Assembly: GCA_027625355.1 (NCBI GenBank)
Contig: JAQBWI010000002.1
Coordinates: 1 to 35,164, forward strand
Source of the DNA: Pseudomonadota bacterium
GTDB lineage: Bacteria; Pseudomonadota; Alphaproteobacteria; HIMB59; GCA-002718135
Reading direction: 5' to 3'
DNA length: 35,164 nt
Below are positions 32,879 to 35,164 of this stretch, piece after piece (the first letter of the stretch is position 1; each line of letters begins with the position of its first letter). Position numbers and translations under genes: made by a program. Below the pieces are notes generated by a model. It was not told the origin of the DNA. It ran no database searches and saw only the letters and a list, made by a program, of their open reading frames with translations.

Positions 32879-34170
32879 TTTTTAAAAAAATTCTTCCCGT
32901 ATCATTATTGGGTCGTTCTATAATTATTATATTTGTTCCTATTTTTTTATTAGTAATTATCACATCACTTATTTTTTATCAGACATCTTGGAACATAATA
33001 TCTAAAAGATTAACAGAGTCTGTAGTGGCTGATATCAATGTAATTGTTAAATTAATAAAACAGGATTTAGAAACTGAGGCAATTAAGATTGCTGAACAAG
33101 ATTTTAAAATGAAAATCAATATTCAAAAAAACTCCAAGGTTGGTAATATTATTTTCATTGATCAGCGTGGAATATTATCTAAAAGACTTAATCAGGCATT
33201 AATTAATATTAATAAACCTTTTACGTATGATCTAAATAATATTGATAAAGGTGTTAAAATAGTTATTCAATTAGATAAAGATTTGCTTGTAGTAAATGTT
33301 GATAAAGATAGATTGTACAGTGAAACAGCCTTTGTCTTTTTATTATGGATGATTTTTGCATCGATTATACTTCTTATAATATCATATTTTTTAATGAGTA
33401 AACAAATAAGACCTCTGAAAAGATTGTCAATTATTGCAGAAACATTTGGCAGAGGATTAGATGCTCCAGAATTACAGTCAGCTGGTGCTTCAGAAATTAG
33501 ACAAACCGCAAATGCATTTAATCAAATGCGAACACGTATTAAAAGATTTTTAAAACAAAGAACTGATATGCTTGCAGGAGTTAGTCATGATTTAAGAACG
33601 CCATTGACAAGAATGAAACTTCAATTATCTCTTTTAAAAGATGAAAAAGCCAAAAAAGAGCTTGAACTTGATATAAATGAAATGACGGCAATGCTTGATA
33701 GTTATTTAAGCTTTGTAAGATCTGAAGCACCAGAACCCATAGAAAGTATAAATTTAAATAAATTTTTAAAAGAGATAATTAGCAATGTAAACAAAGAAAA
33801 ATTTAAGATAAATTTAAATGAAAAGAATGTTGTCAAAACTTCTGGGAGACCTTTACAATTAAAAAGAGCATTTCAAAATATTATTGATAATTCAATACGG
33901 TATTCAAATAAATTAGAGATAAAAATTTTTACAAATAACGAAGGATGTAGTATTTTATTTGAAGACAATGGTCCCGGAATACCGAATAAAAATTACGAAG
34001 ATGTATTCAAGCCATTTTTTACAATTGATCCCTCACGTAACAAACTAAAAGGTGAAAGTGGATTAGGATTAGCTATTACAAGAGATATTATAAGATCACA
34101 CGGAGGAGAGATTAAGCTTGGCGAGTCAAAATTTGGGGGGCTGAAGTCAATATTACAACTTCCAATTTAA
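32875..34170 (+). CDS. EnvZ-type sensor histidine kinase
   Basis: 431 aa. Two TM segments flank a periplasmic region. It has the H-box SHDLRTPLTRM, N-box IIDNSIRYS, G1 EDNGPGIP and G2 GESGLGLAI. There is an ATGA overlap with the regulator gene. Confidence 0.9.
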   Translation: MIFKKILPVSLLGRSIIIIFVPIFLLVIITSLIFYQTSWNIISKRLTESVVADINVIVKLIKQDLETEAIKIAEQDFKMKINIQKNSKVGNIIFIDQRGILSKRLNQALININKPFTYDLNNIDKGVKIVIQLDKDLLVVNVDKDRLYSETAFVFLLWMIFASIILLIISYFLMSKQIRPLKRLSIIAETFGRGLDAPELQSAGASEIRQTANAFNQMRTRIKRFLKQRTDMLAGVSHDLRTPLTRMKLQLSLLKDEKAKKELELDINEMTAMLDSYLSFVRSEAPEPIESINLNKFLKEIISNVNKEKFKINLNEKNVVKTSGRPLQLKRAFQNIIDNSIRYSNKLEIKIFTNNEGCSILFEDNGPGIPNKNYEDVFKPFFTIDPSRNKLKGESGLGLAITRDIIRSHGGEIKLGESKFGGLKSILQLPI

Positions 34171-34508
34171 TAGATCTGACCTCCATCTACTAACTTTTTA
34201 TCGGGGCTAAATAAAATAGGTTCATTATTATCATCAGGAAAGCCAAGCACTAATACATCTGATATTAAATCTCCTATTTGTTTTTTAGGAAAGTTTATGA
34301 CAGCTGCTATTTGTTTATGAAGTAGTTGATCTACTTTGTAATTTCTAGTTAATTGAGCAGAGCTTTTTTTAACCCCAATTTCATCTCCAAAGTTAATTTT
34401 TAATACATAAGAGGGTTTACGTAATTTATTATTTAATTCTGCTGAGATTATTGTTCCTAATCTAATCTCTATTTTTGCAAAATCAGAATAACTAATTAAG
34501 TCTTTCAT
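34167..34508 (-). CDS. csaA: tRNA-binding-domain protein (CsaA/Trbp111-type OB fold)
   Basis: 113 aa. FAKIEIRLGTIISAE...YVLKINFGDEIGVKKSSAQL...VINFPKKQIGDLISDVLVLG matches the CsaA/EMAP-like tRNA-binding fold pattern. Confidence 0.75.
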   Translation of the reverse strand: MKDLISYSDFAKIEIRLGTIISAELNNKLRKPSYVLKINFGDEIGVKKSSAQLTRNYKVDQLLHKQIAAVINFPKKQIGDLISDVLVLGFPDDNNEPILFSPDKKLVDGGQIY

Positions 34509-35050
34509 AAAAATATTTTACTCAATTTTTCTGCTTGATCTAAATTTTTATCTAGTGCAGTCATTGTTTTTTCTAATGAGGAATCTTTATCCTCCATCCA
34601 TTGGAAAAAAGTAATAAAATATACTAACATTAAACCTTTTAATCGTATCGTACCCTTTAAACCATTCACTTTATATTTGGATAATTCTGCAGTTATAATC
34701 ATACTTTCAAGAAATGTTGGAAGTAGTTTTATAAATTGTTGAGGTTTTTTTTTTAAAATTTTATAAATTTCTATAAAAGCTTTTCTGTTTTCTTCCAATA
34801 TATCAAATCTTGCCATTAAAACTTCAAACAACATATCTTTAGAAGATGATTTTTCGAGAGATTTAGTTTTATCTATTAATAGATTGTCAACATATTTGCT
34901 AATAAGTTTAAGTACATCAAATTTTGTTTTAATATAAGTTTTTTTCAATTTAACATTTTTAAAAACTTGCTCTAAAGAAAATGTATTCCATGATTTTTTT
35001 TTTAAAATATTTAAAGTTTGTTGAGCAATTTTTTTTTCGTAATCAATCAT
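34505..35050 (-). CDS. COQ9-like / TetR-fold-like helical protein (tentative)
   Basis: It is all-helical and Lys-rich. The C-terminal LMLVYFITFFQWMEDKDSSLEKTMTALDKNL resembles the COQ9-family tail (recollection only). The ORF-track start at 35062 is TTG. The ATG at 35050 overlaps the proC stop (ATGATTGA), so it is preferred. Confidence 0.4.
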   Translation of the reverse strand: MIDYEKKIAQQTLNILKKKSWNTFSLEQVFKNVKLKKTYIKTKFDVLKLISKYVDNLLIDKTKSLEKSSSKDMLFEVLMARFDILEENRKAFIEIYKILKKKPQQFIKLLPTFLESMIITAELSKYKVNGLKGTIRLKGLMLVYFITFFQWMEDKDSSLEKTMTALDKNLDQAEKLSKIFL

Positions 35051-35164
35051 TGATTTTTCCAAGCTTAGATGCTCTTTTATAGGCTGCCAAAAAAGTATTG
35101 TACATTATCTTATTAGGTTTGTATTTTTGCAAAATTTTTATTCCAGCTTCTGTTGTTCCACCTT
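35043..35164 (-). CDS. proC: Pyrroline-5-carboxylate reductase, 3' end only (truncated by window edge)
   Basis: This is not in the ORF track. The minus-strand frame from 35162 reads GGTTEAGIKILQKYKPNKIMYNTFLAAYKRASKLGKIND*. GGTTEAG...L......A..AA..RA.EL is the conserved ProC C-terminus. The stop TGA lies at 35045-35043. Confidence 0.55.
   Translation of the reverse strand, partial: GGTTEAGIKILQKYKPNKIMYNTFLAAYKRASKLGKIND

Noticed and set aside
27535-35062. TTG-extended N-termini given by the ORF track for xsc (27540), ilvE (31678) and the COQ9-like gene (35062).
   Set aside because: In each case a downstream in-frame ATG has better support. For xsc, GGAG lies 8 nt upstream of the ATG at 27534. 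For ilvE, AGGAG lies 5 nt upstream of the ATG at 31645. For the COQ9-like gene, there is an ATGATTGA overlap with the proC stop at 35050. The extensions add no conserved residues.
1-35164. CRISPR arrays, tRNA/rRNA genes, IS elements/transposases/integrases, prophage or toxin-antitoxin/defence modules, and long direct repeats.
   Set aside because: I found no repeat-spacer periodicity and no cloverleaf-like GC-rich segments. No ORFs have DDE, tyrosine-recombinase, nuclease-NTPase or toxin motifs. No intergenic space is longer than about 105 bp. The window reads as core or accessory metabolic chromosome rather than a mobile or defence island.

Overview
Strongly AT-rich, very compact chromosomal segment. 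It holds 35 complete CDS plus one edge-truncated CDS (the proC 3' end). Non-coding DNA is minimal and many start/stop junctions overlap. I found no rRNA/tRNA, CRISPR, transposase/integrase/phage genes or recognisable defence genes. The uvrC-pgsA-moaD-moaE order and a marR/response-regulator/histidine-kinase unit look alphaproteobacterial. Base composition and streamlining look Pelagibacterales (SAR11)-like, but that is inference only. Left to right: pxpCB/pxpA (5-oxoprolinase); a 12-gene LacI-centred transport/catabolic island (2498-15865); cysQ-cysD-cysNC (PAPS synthesis); a Rieske oxygenase plus StcD-like flavoprotein pair (quaternary-amine demethylation type); a CMD-family protein; a CaCA exchanger; a GMC oxidoreductase convergent with sulfoacetaldehyde acetyltransferase (xsc); uvrC, pgsA, moaD, moaE, ilvE; marR-RR-HK; csaA; a COQ9-like gene; and the proC tail. 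The best candidate for something undescribed is the island at 2.5-15.9 kb. It consists of four transcription units radiating from two divergent control regions that carry the same ~40-bp multi-palindrome operator module. It encodes a sugar-type ABC importer without an ATPase gene, three paralogous tandem NTF2/SnoaL-like proteins and a bicupin. It also encodes a stand-alone MetE-catalytic-domain homologue, a HisD-family dehydrogenase, an SDR, a small serine hydrolase and a CbbY-like HAD protein that has lost its catalytic Asp nucleophile. I cannot map this enzyme set to a described pathway. A sulfonate (DHPS-like) or polyol/amino-alcohol substrate is a testable guess. All functional calls rest on motif recognition by eye, not on database searches.
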